Below are positions 30,525-39,758 of a stretch of 64,000 bases of DNA, in pieces. The translations under genes and the position numbers were made by a program. The notes under the pieces were generated by a model. It had not been told where the DNA came from, made no database searches, and was given only the letters and a program-made list of their open reading frames with translations. Every line of letters begins with the position of its first letter. Positions within the stretch are counted from its first letter, which is position 1. The DNA is taken from contig CAZPKG010000004.1 in the NCBI GenBank assembly GCA_964587105.1, positions 153,443-217,442 of the forward strand, written 5' to 3'. This DNA is from an uncultured Alphaproteobacteria bacterium (GTDB lineage: Bacteria; Electryoneota; RPQS01).

Positions 30525-31112
30525 ATGCATCGTAAACTCCTTCTAATGCTGATGATCCTGATAGCGGGCCGGTGCTTTGCCTATCCTGAGTTTCAAAAAT
30601 TCTCGCAAACAAATTCAGGTCGCCCCATCAACTGCGCAATGTGCCATGCCAACGGTGACGGCCCCGAAGGCGTGTCCCGCGGACAAATCGGAAGTTTGAC
30701 GCCAAGCGAGTTAAATAGGCTCAACGCCGCACGCGGCGCGTTCGCGCCCGGAATGGTCGTGGAAAACCCGATTCTCAACGCATTCGGGAATAACATTATT
30801 CATACGATCGGCAAAACGAAATTCCTTGAACTTCGCGCCCATCCTGAGCTTTTAGCGGATGTGTACGGGTTTCAAAGTGATTTGGACGAGGACGGAATTC
30901 CTGACGCCCGTGAATACTTGGAGGGCACACACCCTCTGAATAACGTACATGGTAACCCGCTCCGACTCTTTCTGCACAATCTGAATTTTTACAAACTCCA
31001 CGTAATCCTTACCGTTCTGGCCACGATTGCAGGCTTCTACGGTTTTAGTCATTTGCTGCACGGATTCGCCTCCGGCGCATCCGCGAAATTACCCCAAGAA
31101 CGAACATCCTAA
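30525..31112 (+). CDS. Membrane-anchored monoheme cytochrome c-like protein
   Basis: Signal peptide, CAMCH, DLDEDGIPDAREY Ca-binding-like motif, C-terminal TM helix. Confidence 0.7.
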   Translation: MHRKLLLMLMILIAGRCFAYPEFQKFSQTNSGRPINCAMCHANGDGPEGVSRGQIGSLTPSELNRLNAARGAFAPGMVVENPILNAFGNNIIHTIGKTKFLELRAHPELLADVYGFQSDLDEDGIPDAREYLEGTHPLNNVHGNPLRLFLHNLNFYKLHVILTVLATIAGFYGFSHLLHGFASGASAKLPQERTS

Positions 31113-31130
31113 GTACTGCGAGGTCAATTC

Positions 31131-32651
31131 ATGCAAGATCGCAGACGCGCAATTCAAGTTCTGGTATTGAACACATTGGCATTTACCATCTGCTTCGCCG
31201 GATGGATGATGAACGGTGTGTTGATTACCTACCTTGTGGACAATGATATTTTCCGCTGGGACAAAGCCCAGATGGGTTGGTTAATCGGCATCCCCGTGTT
31301 AACCGGATCACTCATGCGATTGCCGGTCGGCGTGCTTACCGACAAGTACGGTGGCAGAAGAGTCTATACAATTCTGATGTTGGTCTCTGCGATTCCGATG
31401 TTCATGACCGGTTTCGCAAGTGAATACTATCAATTTGTATTTGCAAGCTTGGGATTCGGGCTGACCGGCGCCGCATTCGCCGTCGGGATAGCCTACACGT
31501 CGGTGTGGTTCCCCAAAGAGCGGCAAGGGACTGCGTTAGGGATTTTCGGTGTCGGAAATGCCGGTTCGGCCTTGACAAGCATGGGAGCGCCGTTCGTATT
31601 GAAGTGGTTGACCGACAACGGAGCGAATGTCGAAGGCTGGAGAACGCTTCCAAAAATCTACGCCGCCGCATTGGTAGCCATGTCGCTGATTTTCTACTTT
31701 CTGACCTACGAAAAAAAGATCGAACACTCCGCCGGACTCACGCTTCGGCAGCGCCTCGAACCATTGAAGTATGTGCGCGTCTGGCGGTTTGGGCTTTACT
31801 ATTTTCTTGTGTTCGGAGCGTTCGTGGCCTTGGCGCAGTGGTTGATTCCCTACTATGTAAACGTCTATACCATGAGCGTCGCCTCAGCGGGACTCATGGC
31901 TTCAATTTTCAGCTTGCCGTCTGGTTTGATTCGCGCTCTCGGAGGATGGATGTCCGACAAGTTCGGAGCTCGGCGGGTGATGTATTGGGTATTAGGGTCA
32001 TGCTTGGTGGGGTGCGCGCTGCTTTGTGTTCCACGTATGGATATTGAATCGCCCGGTTCAGGTGTTACGGCTGCACGAGCGGGAATCGTAACATTTGTAT
32101 CAGATACGTTGATTCGAGTCGATCAACGCGAGTATAAGACTCGCCCGGAGCCAGCCTCATGGCGGCAAAATCAAGACAACGCATTTCTCGTTTTTCCATC
32201 CGGAGAGTTTTGGCATAAGCCCGTCGTGAAAGAGGGCGACAAGGTCGTTAAGAAGCAACTACTCGCGCGCGGCGTCACACACCTCTTCTTTCAAGCCAAT
32301 ATCTGGATCTTCACCTTCTTAGTATTCATTGTCGGAATTATGATGGGAATCGGCAAAGCGGCAGTGTACCGGCACATCCCGGACTACTACCCCGAGCAGA
32401 TTGGCGTCGTTGGTGGAATCGTCGGCGTCGTCGGCGGCTTAGGTGGATTCTTCTGCCCGATTCTGTTTGGGTACATGCTCAAGTGGACGGGAATTTGGAC
32501 GACTCTCTGGATATTCCTCGGCGCTTTGTCATTCGTGTGTTTGATTTGGATGCATTTTGTCATCCAGAAGATGATGCATAAGAACGCGCCGACTTTGATG
32601 CGTCACATTGAAGATCGACACGATCACCCAATCGAAACCCATCCCGCCTAA
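31131..32651 (+). CDS. narK: NarK1-type nitrate/nitrite MFS transporter with an inserted soluble domain
   Basis: GSLMRLPVGVLTDKYGGRRV, QGTALGIFGVGN, GMGIGKAAVY-like nitrate signature, GGLGGFF. Confidence 0.9.
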   Translation: MQDRRRAIQVLVLNTLAFTICFAGWMMNGVLITYLVDNDIFRWDKAQMGWLIGIPVLTGSLMRLPVGVLTDKYGGRRVYTILMLVSAIPMFMTGFASEYYQFVFASLGFGLTGAAFAVGIAYTSVWFPKERQGTALGIFGVGNAGSALTSMGAPFVLKWLTDNGANVEGWRTLPKIYAAALVAMSLIFYFLTYEKKIEHSAGLTLRQRLEPLKYVRVWRFGLYYFLVFGAFVALAQWLIPYYVNVYTMSVASAGLMASIFSLPSGLIRALGGWMSDKFGARRVMYWVLGSCLVGCALLCVPRMDIESPGSGVTAARAGIVTFVSDTLIRVDQREYKTRPEPASWRQNQDNAFLVFPSGEFWHKPVVKEGDKVVKKQLLARGVTHLFFQANIWIFTFLVFIVGIMMGIGKAAVYRHIPDYYPEQIGVVGGIVGVVGGLGGFFCPILFGYMLKWTGIWTTLWIFLGALSFVCLIWMHFVIQKMMHKNAPTLMRHIEDRHDHPIETHPA

Positions 32652-32675
32652 ACTAAACCGGAAACGGATAAGCAC

Positions 32676-34241
32676 ATGGCTCAAACATTAGTTCGTTGGA
32701 ACGTTGAAGACGATTCGTTTTGGGAAGGCGAAGGCAAGCGCACGGCCTACCGGAATCTTTGGATTTCGATACCCTGCCTTCTGTGCGGATTTGCGGTCTG
32801 GATGTATTGGTCAATTATCACGACAAAGATGCAGGAACTCGGATTCCAATTCGACCCGGACCCGGCCAAGAACAAAGCGATGCTCTACACGTTGATCTCG
32901 ATTGCCGGATTGACTGGCGCGACGCTGCGTATTCCAAATTCCTTCTTCGTGGCCTTAAGCGGAGGGCGAAACGTAATTGCAGTTACGACCGCCTTGCTCA
33001 TTTTGCCCGCGCTCGGTCTTGGCATGGCGCTTCATGCTCCCGGCACGTCGTACTCAACATTTGTTATTCTGTCGGCGCTGTCAGGAATCGGCGGCGGCGC
33101 CTTCGCTTCGTCGATGTCAAATATTAGTTTGTTCTTTCCTAAACGTGTTCAAGGCACTGCCCTGGGACTTAATGCCGGCTTAGGAAATCTCGGCGTCAGT
33201 GTCATGCAAGTTCTCTTGCCGTTCGTAATGACCTTTGGCATGTTTGGAGCATTTGGAGGGAGTGCATGGAAAACTGCCGCCGCAGTCGGCGCGCAGCCTG
33301 CAGGAACACAAGTATGGATTCAGAACGGGGGTTTTGTGTGGGTGCCGATCCTTGCAGTCCTTTCGATTCTTGCCTGGTTGCTCATGAACAATCTTGCCAT
33401 GCACGAAGTGGGCTCGTCTTCTTCGGCCATTGCCAAAATGCTCTATCTCACGCTACTCGGGTTTGCCGGATCGGCTCTGGGCTTATATCTTCTCGTGGCT
33501 CTCAAAGTAAACATGTGGATAGTCCTGCCGATCACGATCCTGATGACGCTCGCACTGATTCGTTACCTCGCGCCGGGTAAAATTCGGCAGAATTTGAGTA
33601 ATCAATTCGCGATCTTCAAAGAAAAGCATAACTGGGTAATGACTTGGCTCTACGTGATGACATTTGGCTCGTTCATCGGGTATTCCGCCGCGTTTCCCAA
33701 ACTTATCCAAGACGTGTTTGGTTCGCTTCCCGACGGCACGGCCAATCCGCACGCTCCTAATCCATTCGCATACGCCTGGCTCGGGCCGTTAGTTGGTTCG
33801 CTCATTCGCCCTGTCGGTGGTTGGCTGTCTGATAAGTTCGGTGGTGCGCGTGTCACACAATGGGACACGGTGATTATGATTGCCGCCGCACTCGGTGTTG
33901 CTTACAACATCAAGGCTGCCAGCAGTTCTCCGACTCCTGAAGCGTTCTTTGTCCCGTTCCTGTTGCTCTTTCTCCTCCTGTTTATTACAACAGGCATCGG
34001 TAACGGATCAACGTTCCGCATGATTCCCATAATCTTTGACTCCAAACTTGCCGGACCTGTGCTCGGTTGGACGTCGGCGATTGCGGCCTACGGCGCGTTT
34101 ATCATCCCCAAAGTATTCGGTGCTCAAATTCAAGCCGGACATCCCGAATACGCACTCTACGGATTTGCGCTTTACTATGTAAGCTGCCTGATCGTAAATT
34201 GGTGGTTCTATGCTCGCAAGAACGCCGAAATCAAGTGCTGA
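32676..34241 (+). CDS. narK: NarK2/NarU-type nitrate/nitrite MFS transporter
   Basis: WNVEDDSFW, RNLWISIP, GGGAFASSMSNISLFFPK, YVMTFGSFIG, GIGNGSTFRMIP. Confidence 0.92.
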   Translation: MAQTLVRWNVEDDSFWEGEGKRTAYRNLWISIPCLLCGFAVWMYWSIITTKMQELGFQFDPDPAKNKAMLYTLISIAGLTGATLRIPNSFFVALSGGRNVIAVTTALLILPALGLGMALHAPGTSYSTFVILSALSGIGGGAFASSMSNISLFFPKRVQGTALGLNAGLGNLGVSVMQVLLPFVMTFGMFGAFGGSAWKTAAAVGAQPAGTQVWIQNGGFVWVPILAVLSILAWLLMNNLAMHEVGSSSSAIAKMLYLTLLGFAGSALGLYLLVALKVNMWIVLPITILMTLALIRYLAPGKIRQNLSNQFAIFKEKHNWVMTWLYVMTFGSFIGYSAAFPKLIQDVFGSLPDGTANPHAPNPFAYAWLGPLVGSLIRPVGGWLSDKFGGARVTQWDTVIMIAAALGVAYNIKAASSSPTPEAFFVPFLLLFLLLFITTGIGNGSTFRMIPIIFDSKLAGPVLGWTSAIAAYGAFIIPKVFGAQIQAGHPEYALYGFALYYVSCLIVNWWFYARKNAEIKC

Positions 34242-34273
34242 GAAAAATTGCATCTAACAACACATAAGTCACC

Positions 34274-34975
34274 ATGAGTATTTCACTTGAAACTCCTGTC
34301 GGCCAATTGGTCGTCGAAAAACCCAACCGCGCACACATCTTTCAGCGCTTTCAAATTGACTACTGCTGCGGCGGAGCGCAGCCACTGAGAGAGGCCTGCG
34401 CGTCAAAGAACGTGGATCCGCAAATTATCCTTGCAGAGATTTCAAATCAAGACGGCCGTGCAGATGTCAGCACGGAACCTGATTGGTCTAAGGCAACGAT
34501 GTCGGCGCTTGTCGAGAATATTCTGAATCAGCACCACGAATATCTCCGGAACGCGCTTCCGCATCTCGGCGAAATGGCGGAGAAGGTTTATCGTGTGCAT
34601 GGTGAGAACCATCCTGAACTGCTTACGATTCTGCAAGTCTTCTCCGGGCTGTTTCAGGAATTAGATTCGCACATGTATAAGGAAGAGAACATTTTGTTCC
34701 CAGCCATCAAGCGTATTGAGCAGGGATCGCTTCCCCGCGAAGCCGGAGCACAGCTGTTCGGCCCGGTCAGTGTCATGGAAGCTGAACACGAATCGGCGGG
34801 CAATGCTCTTAAACGGCTTCGTGAGTTGACCAACAATTATTCCCCACCCGATGGGGCTTGCAATACGTATCGTGGCCTATTCGCAGGTCTTGAGGAGCTT
34901 GAGCGCGACCTTCACTGGCACATTCACAAAGAGAACAATATCTTGTTCCCAAGAGCACTTGCCGGCGCCAATTGA
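34274..34975 (+). CDS. ric: Iron-sulfur cluster repair di-iron protein (Ric/YtfE/ScdA)
   Basis: IDYCCGG, HHEYLR, HMYKEENILFP, ACNTYR, HIHKENNILFP. Confidence 0.95.
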   Translation: MSISLETPVGQLVVEKPNRAHIFQRFQIDYCCGGAQPLREACASKNVDPQIILAEISNQDGRADVSTEPDWSKATMSALVENILNQHHEYLRNALPHLGEMAEKVYRVHGENHPELLTILQVFSGLFQELDSHMYKEENILFPAIKRIEQGSLPREAGAQLFGPVSVMEAEHESAGNALKRLRELTNNYSPPDGACNTYRGLFAGLEELERDLHWHIHKENNILFPRALAGAN

Positions 34976-34999
34976 CGCTCGTCCTTGGTGTCAACACAG

Positions 35000-35036
35000 A
35001 AGCCCCTGCTTACAAGTCAGTAAGCAGGGGCTTTTT
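35000..35036 (+). terminator. Intrinsic terminator ending the nar operon
   Basis: AAGCCCCTGCTTAC aagtca GTAAGCAGGGGCTT followed by TTT. Confidence 0.85.
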
Positions 35037-35189
35037 AGTGCTTATCTCAAAATAATATTGAGTCGTTGTTTTCGCCGAGCGTGGGCGTCCCCGCCCCGCC
35101 GGAATCCGAAAAATCTCGGTTGTTGTGCCAAAAATGTCGCGTACGCCATCAAAGTTTGGGGGATTGAGTTATTTCAAGATAAGCTCATA

Positions 35190-35210
35190 GTGGAGACGGA
35201 GGGAATCGAA
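35190..35210 (-). repeat. att core copy 1: tmRNA-like 3'-end fragment (one mismatch to copies 2 and 3)
   Basis: Minus strand TTCGATTCCCTCCGTCTCCAC = T-loop, T-stem 3' half, acceptor strand CGTCTCC and discriminator A; no T-stem 5' half upstream. Confidence 0.75.
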
Positions 35211-35507
35211 TAATCAATCACTTTTCGCAAACCAGCTCTAACAGATAAAGAAACAGCCCATTAACAGGGGCTGTCCATACTCAGAAACTCTTCGCAAGTT
35301 CAAAGTTTACCATCGGTGCTTCTGGCGATATAGCACATATTTGCACACTGGAAGCGTCTACTTGAAAGTAGCTTCGGACAGGCTCTTTCACCCAATCCGG
35401 ATCGGTGTTTGACAGGCCAATTTGATTTGCATACATCCTTGAGCCTGCAATTGTAATTCTGATCATTTAATGTAACATGCTCTAACGGAGAACAGCGCGA
35501 ATCGGAA

Positions 35508-37139
35508 TCAGTCAGGTGACAGCCACTGAAAAAGTTCATCGGCATTTGTCAGTAATCTTAGACTGTCAATCCGCTGGAGGTCCCGCATTGTTCTCGCCAG
35601 CTCGGATATGCCGGCAAGGTACTCTCCTGACTTGTTCGGAGGGTACATAGCAAGAACAACGAGTTGGACTTTGTTTCTCGCATCGGCGTCGACTATCCCT
35701 TGTCTTGGAATACCTGCCGCCCAATATACAGCACTAAGACCACTGACAACAGCGTGGGGCACGGCAAGACCCTCGTTCAGGAAGGTTGACATTTCAGCTT
35801 CGCGTGTTAGCACGGCTTCAACAGAAGCCGGCTGGACTTCACTTGGACAGCGCTTAACTATTAACTCGTGCAACTCTCTGATTGCGGTCGCTTTCGTCAT
35901 AGGGTGGTCCCAGACCGCCGCAGCCACAAAACGGGGTAGGCTACTCAATGGCCTGTCCACGCGATCTAATTCCACCCTAATCTCGTTTGTTGCGGTGTCG
36001 CCAATTTCTGGAATTCGCTCATCAAGAACTACAATGCGATACCCCGATCCTGCTTCGATAAGTTTTTCTACATTATTCTTAGGTGTGAATACACGCTGCA
36101 TTAAGGTCCTTTTGTTGGGTCTTCCAATCACAACATGACCTACTCGGTAGTCTCGAGCAAACCTCAAAATTGTCTCGACGACGTCCTCACCTTTCAAAGT
36201 GAAGACCATCGCCCCAAGTTGATTGGCAAGCGTGAGTGCATCAGCCAACACTCGCTGTTTGCCAGCATCAATCTTCAAGGGTGTTTCTTTGGGTGTCTGA
36301 ACATGTACAGCATACCAACGCCTGTTTAAGCGACCTGCTAATCGTGATCCGTATCGAAGTAAATTCGCGTTATTAGGGCCTGATGCACTTAGACAAACGA
36401 CAATTTGGTCAGGCGGTACAGCTGCACTATCATCATGCTGTTCGCGTCGTTTGAAATCAATTTGTGAAGCTGTCTCTCGCAAAGTCAGCTCACGCAATTG
36501 CTCAAGCCGTGGAGCTTGAAAATAGTTTTGAGATGCAAGCGAAACACGCTCTTGCGGGTAGATTTTCCCTTTCTCCAGGCGTTTTACAAGATCCTCCGGA
36601 GAAAGATCCACGTTGACGATTTCATCCGCCTGCTTCAAGACGAGATCGGGCACTCGCTCTGCAACTCTCACATTGACAAGCCCCTCAACTGTATTGTACA
36701 GACTCTCCAGGTGTTGGACATTCATGGTTGAGATTACATGGATGCCCGCAGCAAGCAACTCCTCAACATCCATGTAGCGCTTTGAGTTCTTGCTGTCCGG
36801 AGGATTTGTGTGTGCGAGTTCGTCCACCAAAACAATTCGTGGTTTCCTGGACAGTATCGCGTCAGTATTCATTTCCTCGAGCGTTATGCCGCGGTAGGTT
36901 ACTTGCTGACGGGGCACTATTTCAAGGCCTTCCAATAATGCGGCGGTGTCTCCGCGTCCGTGCGTTTCGACAAGCCCAACAACGACATCTACACCTTCTT
37001 GCTTCAAGCGGTGTCCCTCTTGCAACATGAGATAGGTTTTCCCGACGCCCGGAGCATATCCGAGATAGACTTTCAAGCGGCCACGCTCAGAACGCCGAAT
37101 GAGATCGAGGAAACTTGATACTTTGCGATCAGGCGCCAT
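35508..37139 (-). CDS. kdpD: KdpD N-terminal sensor domain + USP domain fused to a PTS EIIA (EIIA-Ntr/Fru-like) domain; no kinase domain
   Basis: RGRLKVYLGYAPGVGKTYLML, LVDELAHTN, STMNVQHLESL; USP segment (IVVCLS...WYAVHV); C-terminal VLTREAEMSTFLNEGLAVPHA EIIA motif. Confidence 0.85.
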   Translation of the reverse strand: MAPDRKVSSFLDLIRRSERGRLKVYLGYAPGVGKTYLMLQEGHRLKQEGVDVVVGLVETHGRGDTAALLEGLEIVPRQQVTYRGITLEEMNTDAILSRKPRIVLVDELAHTNPPDSKNSKRYMDVEELLAAGIHVISTMNVQHLESLYNTVEGLVNVRVAERVPDLVLKQADEIVNVDLSPEDLVKRLEKGKIYPQERVSLASQNYFQAPRLEQLRELTLRETASQIDFKRREQHDDSAAVPPDQIVVCLSASGPNNANLLRYGSRLAGRLNRRWYAVHVQTPKETPLKIDAGKQRVLADALTLANQLGAMVFTLKGEDVVETILRFARDYRVGHVVIGRPNKRTLMQRVFTPKNNVEKLIEAGSGYRIVVLDERIPEIGDTATNEIRVELDRVDRPLSSLPRFVAAAVWDHPMTKATAIRELHELIVKRCPSEVQPASVEAVLTREAEMSTFLNEGLAVPHAVVSGLSAVYWAAGIPRQGIVDADARNKVQLVVLAMYPPNKSGEYLAGISELARTMRDLQRIDSLRLLTNADELFQWLSPD

Positions 37140-37144
37140 GTACT

Positions 37145-37738
37145 TTAGCTTTCCTTGTCCAGGGCAATGTTTAGAACAAGAACATTTACTCCCGGTTCTC
37201 CAAGAAGTTCAAGCGAACGTGAATCTGTTGCGTCATCAATTAGTTGAAAGACGCGTTCTAATGAAATCTCACGTGTTTTCGCAACGCGGGGAGCTTGGAG
37301 TCTTGCATTCTCTATGCTAATATGAGGATCAAGTCCGCTTGCCGAAGCTGTGACTGCATCGGCGGGGATTGGGACGCCGTGCGGGACACCGTTCAGCTCG
37401 CGATAGGCCATGACACGTTGGGCTACTTGGTTAATCAGCGTTTGCGAAAGCGGCCCCAAGTTTGTGCCGCCAGATGAGGTCGCGTCGTATCCATTTCCAG
37501 CCGCGGATGGGCGCGAATGAAAGTAGCGAACATCAGTAAAAGACTGACCTATTAGTGAAGAGCCCACGACCATGCCGGATGAATTTGTGACTAAACTGCC
37601 GTTTGCTTGCGACGGAAAAAGCGCTTGCGCAATCCCCCACACAACCAACGGATAAACGCCGCACAAGATGACTGTAAGCAATATCGTCGCGAAGAGTGCG
37701 GGCCGTAGCTCTTGAAAAAGTACTTTCATTTTAGACAA
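37145..37738 (-). CDS. kdpC: K+-transporting ATPase subunit C
   Basis: [38 protein letters not shown]. Confidence 0.95.
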   Translation of the reverse strand: MSKMKVLFQELRPALFATILLTVILCGVYPLVVWGIAQALFPSQANGSLVTNSSGMVVGSSLIGQSFTDVRYFHSRPSAAGNGYDATSSGGTNLGPLSQTLINQVAQRVMAYRELNGVPHGVPIPADAVTASASGLDPHISIENARLQAPRVAKTREISLERVFQLIDDATDSRSLELLGEPGVNVLVLNIALDKES

Positions 37739-39755
37739 TCTTCAAAGCTGTGATAAGCATATCAATTGCCTTGATACCAATAAAAGGAACGACGATTCCG
37801 CCAAGTCCGTAGATTAACAGATTGCGACGCAAAATAGATCCGGCACTTGCAGGGCGGAATTCGACGCCTCGCAAAGCCAGTGGGGTCAAAGCGATAATGA
37901 TCAGCGCATTAAAGATGACCGCGCTCATAATCGCACTGTACGGGCTATCAAGACGCATAACATTGAGCGGCGCAATTACAGCAAACGTACCCATCAGCAT
38001 TGCCGGAATAATTGCGAAGTATTTTGCGACGTCGTTCGCAATGCTGAACGTAGTTAATGCCCCTCGTGTAATTAGAAGTTGCTTGCCGGTCTCGACGACT
38101 TCTATAAGCTTCGTGGGATTGGAGTCAAGATCGATCATATTACCCGCTTCTTTAGCAGCTTGAGTACCGGTGTTCATGGCTACGCCGACGTCGGCTTGCG
38201 CAAGCGCTGGAGCATCGTTAGTGCCATCACCGGTCATTGCAACGAGATGCCCCTTTGCCTGTTCGCTTCGAATCAACTCCAGCTTGTCTTCAGGTGTTGC
38301 CTCTGCGAGATAATCATCAACCCCGGCTTCCTTGGCAATCGTCGCGGCGGTAAGCGGGTTGTCACCCGTGATCATAACAGTCTTGATTCCCATCGCGCGA
38401 AGTCGCGCGAAACGGTCTGGAAGACCTGTTTTCACAATATCCCTCAAGTAAATGACACCCAAGACTTTTTTGTCCTTGGCAACGACAATCGGCGTTCCGC
38501 CCGCTGTCGCGATTTTCTGCACTGAGTCCTCAACTTCGTTTGGAAATGAGCTGTCAATATATGAGCGAACAGCATCTGCCGCGCCCTTGCGAATCTCCAG
38601 CCTATGGGCGTTCAGACCGCTCATGCGTGTCTTGGCGGTAAACGGTACAAACTCTGCACCCTGAAGTTCTTTGATACTTCTCTCGCGGAAGCCATGTTCC
38701 TTGGCAAGTACAACAATGCTGCGACCCTCTGGAGTTTCGTCTGCAAGTGATGCAAGCTGGGCCGCATCTACCAAGTCGCGGATGTTCACGCCGGGCGCAG
38801 GAATGAACTCCGTAGCCTGACGGTTGCCTAATGTAATTGTACCGGTCTTATCAAGCAAGAGAACGTCCACATCGCCCGCAGCTTCAACAGAGCGACCGCT
38901 CATGGCCAACACGTTTTTTCGTGAAAGGCGGTCGATTCCGGCAATACCGATAGCGCTTAACAAACCGCCAATCGTTGTCGGAATCAGACACACCAGAAGC
39001 GAAACAAGCACAGTAATCGAGAAGCTGACTCCTGAATAGACGCCAAAGGGCTTCAATGTTACAATTACTAACAGGAATATCAGTGTCAATGCTGACAAGA
39101 GAATTGTCAACGCGATCTCATTAGGCGTCTTTTGACGGCGTGCACCTTCTACAAGCGCAATCATTTTATCCATCAGGCTTTCACCGGGATTGGCTGAAAC
39201 GCGCACGAGAATAGAATCAGAAAGTACAACAGTTCCGCCAGTAACCGAACTGCGATCTCCGCCTGATTCGCGCACGACAGGTGCGGACTCACCTGTGATC
39301 GCCGATTCGTTGACCATCGCGGCACCCTCGATGACTTCACCGTCAGCCGGGATCAGTTCACCGGCGCTAACTCGCACAACGTCATCTTTGCATAAAGAGT
39401 CGGACGACACAAGATGATAGCTGCCGTTGCTCATGAGTTTGTTGGCATTCGTTTGTGAGCGGGACTTCCGCAAGGCATCGGCTTGCGCTTTACCGCGACT
39501 TTCTGCCAGCGATTCAGCGAAGTTTGAGAAAAACACGGTGATCCATAACCAGGCCGCAATCTGAAGCGAGAAGGATAGCGGTTCGTCTTGCGTCCAGCCC
39601 AGAATCGGAGCAAGAGAGGTAATAAACGCGCCGATCAACGTAACGAACATCACCGGATTGCGCAACTGCTCGTTGGGATTGAGCTTGCGTAAGGCGGCCC
39701 TCAACGCCGGGACGAGCACGGAACGATCAAGAATGCTTATAGCTTTGGTGCTCAT
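37731..39755 (-). CDS. kdpB: K+-transporting ATPase subunit B
   Basis: [45 protein letters not shown]. Confidence 0.97.
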   Translation of the reverse strand: MSTKAISILDRSVLVPALRAALRKLNPNEQLRNPVMFVTLIGAFITSLAPILGWTQDEPLSFSLQIAAWLWITVFFSNFAESLAESRGKAQADALRKSRSQTNANKLMSNGSYHLVSSDSLCKDDVVRVSAGELIPADGEVIEGAAMVNESAITGESAPVVRESGGDRSSVTGGTVVLSDSILVRVSANPGESLMDKMIALVEGARRQKTPNEIALTILLSALTLIFLLVIVTLKPFGVYSGVSFSITVLVSLLVCLIPTTIGGLLSAIGIAGIDRLSRKNVLAMSGRSVEAAGDVDVLLLDKTGTITLGNRQATEFIPAPGVNIRDLVDAAQLASLADETPEGRSIVVLAKEHGFRERSIKELQGAEFVPFTAKTRMSGLNAHRLEIRKGAADAVRSYIDSSFPNEVEDSVQKIATAGGTPIVVAKDKKVLGVIYLRDIVKTGLPDRFARLRAMGIKTVMITGDNPLTAATIAKEAGVDDYLAEATPEDKLELIRSEQAKGHLVAMTGDGTNDAPALAQADVGVAMNTGTQAAKEAGNMIDLDSNPTKLIEVVETGKQLLITRGALTTFSIANDVAKYFAIIPAMLMGTFAVIAPLNVMRLDSPYSAIMSAVIFNALIIIALTPLALRGVEFRPASAGSILRRNLLIYGLGGIVVPFIGIKAIDMLITALKIV

Positions 39756-39758
39756 GGA

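Noticed and set aside
19676-35036. The nar operon as part of the ssrA island array
   Set aside because: I found no further att core to the left of 35190, so the region is treated as backbone or an older acquisition.
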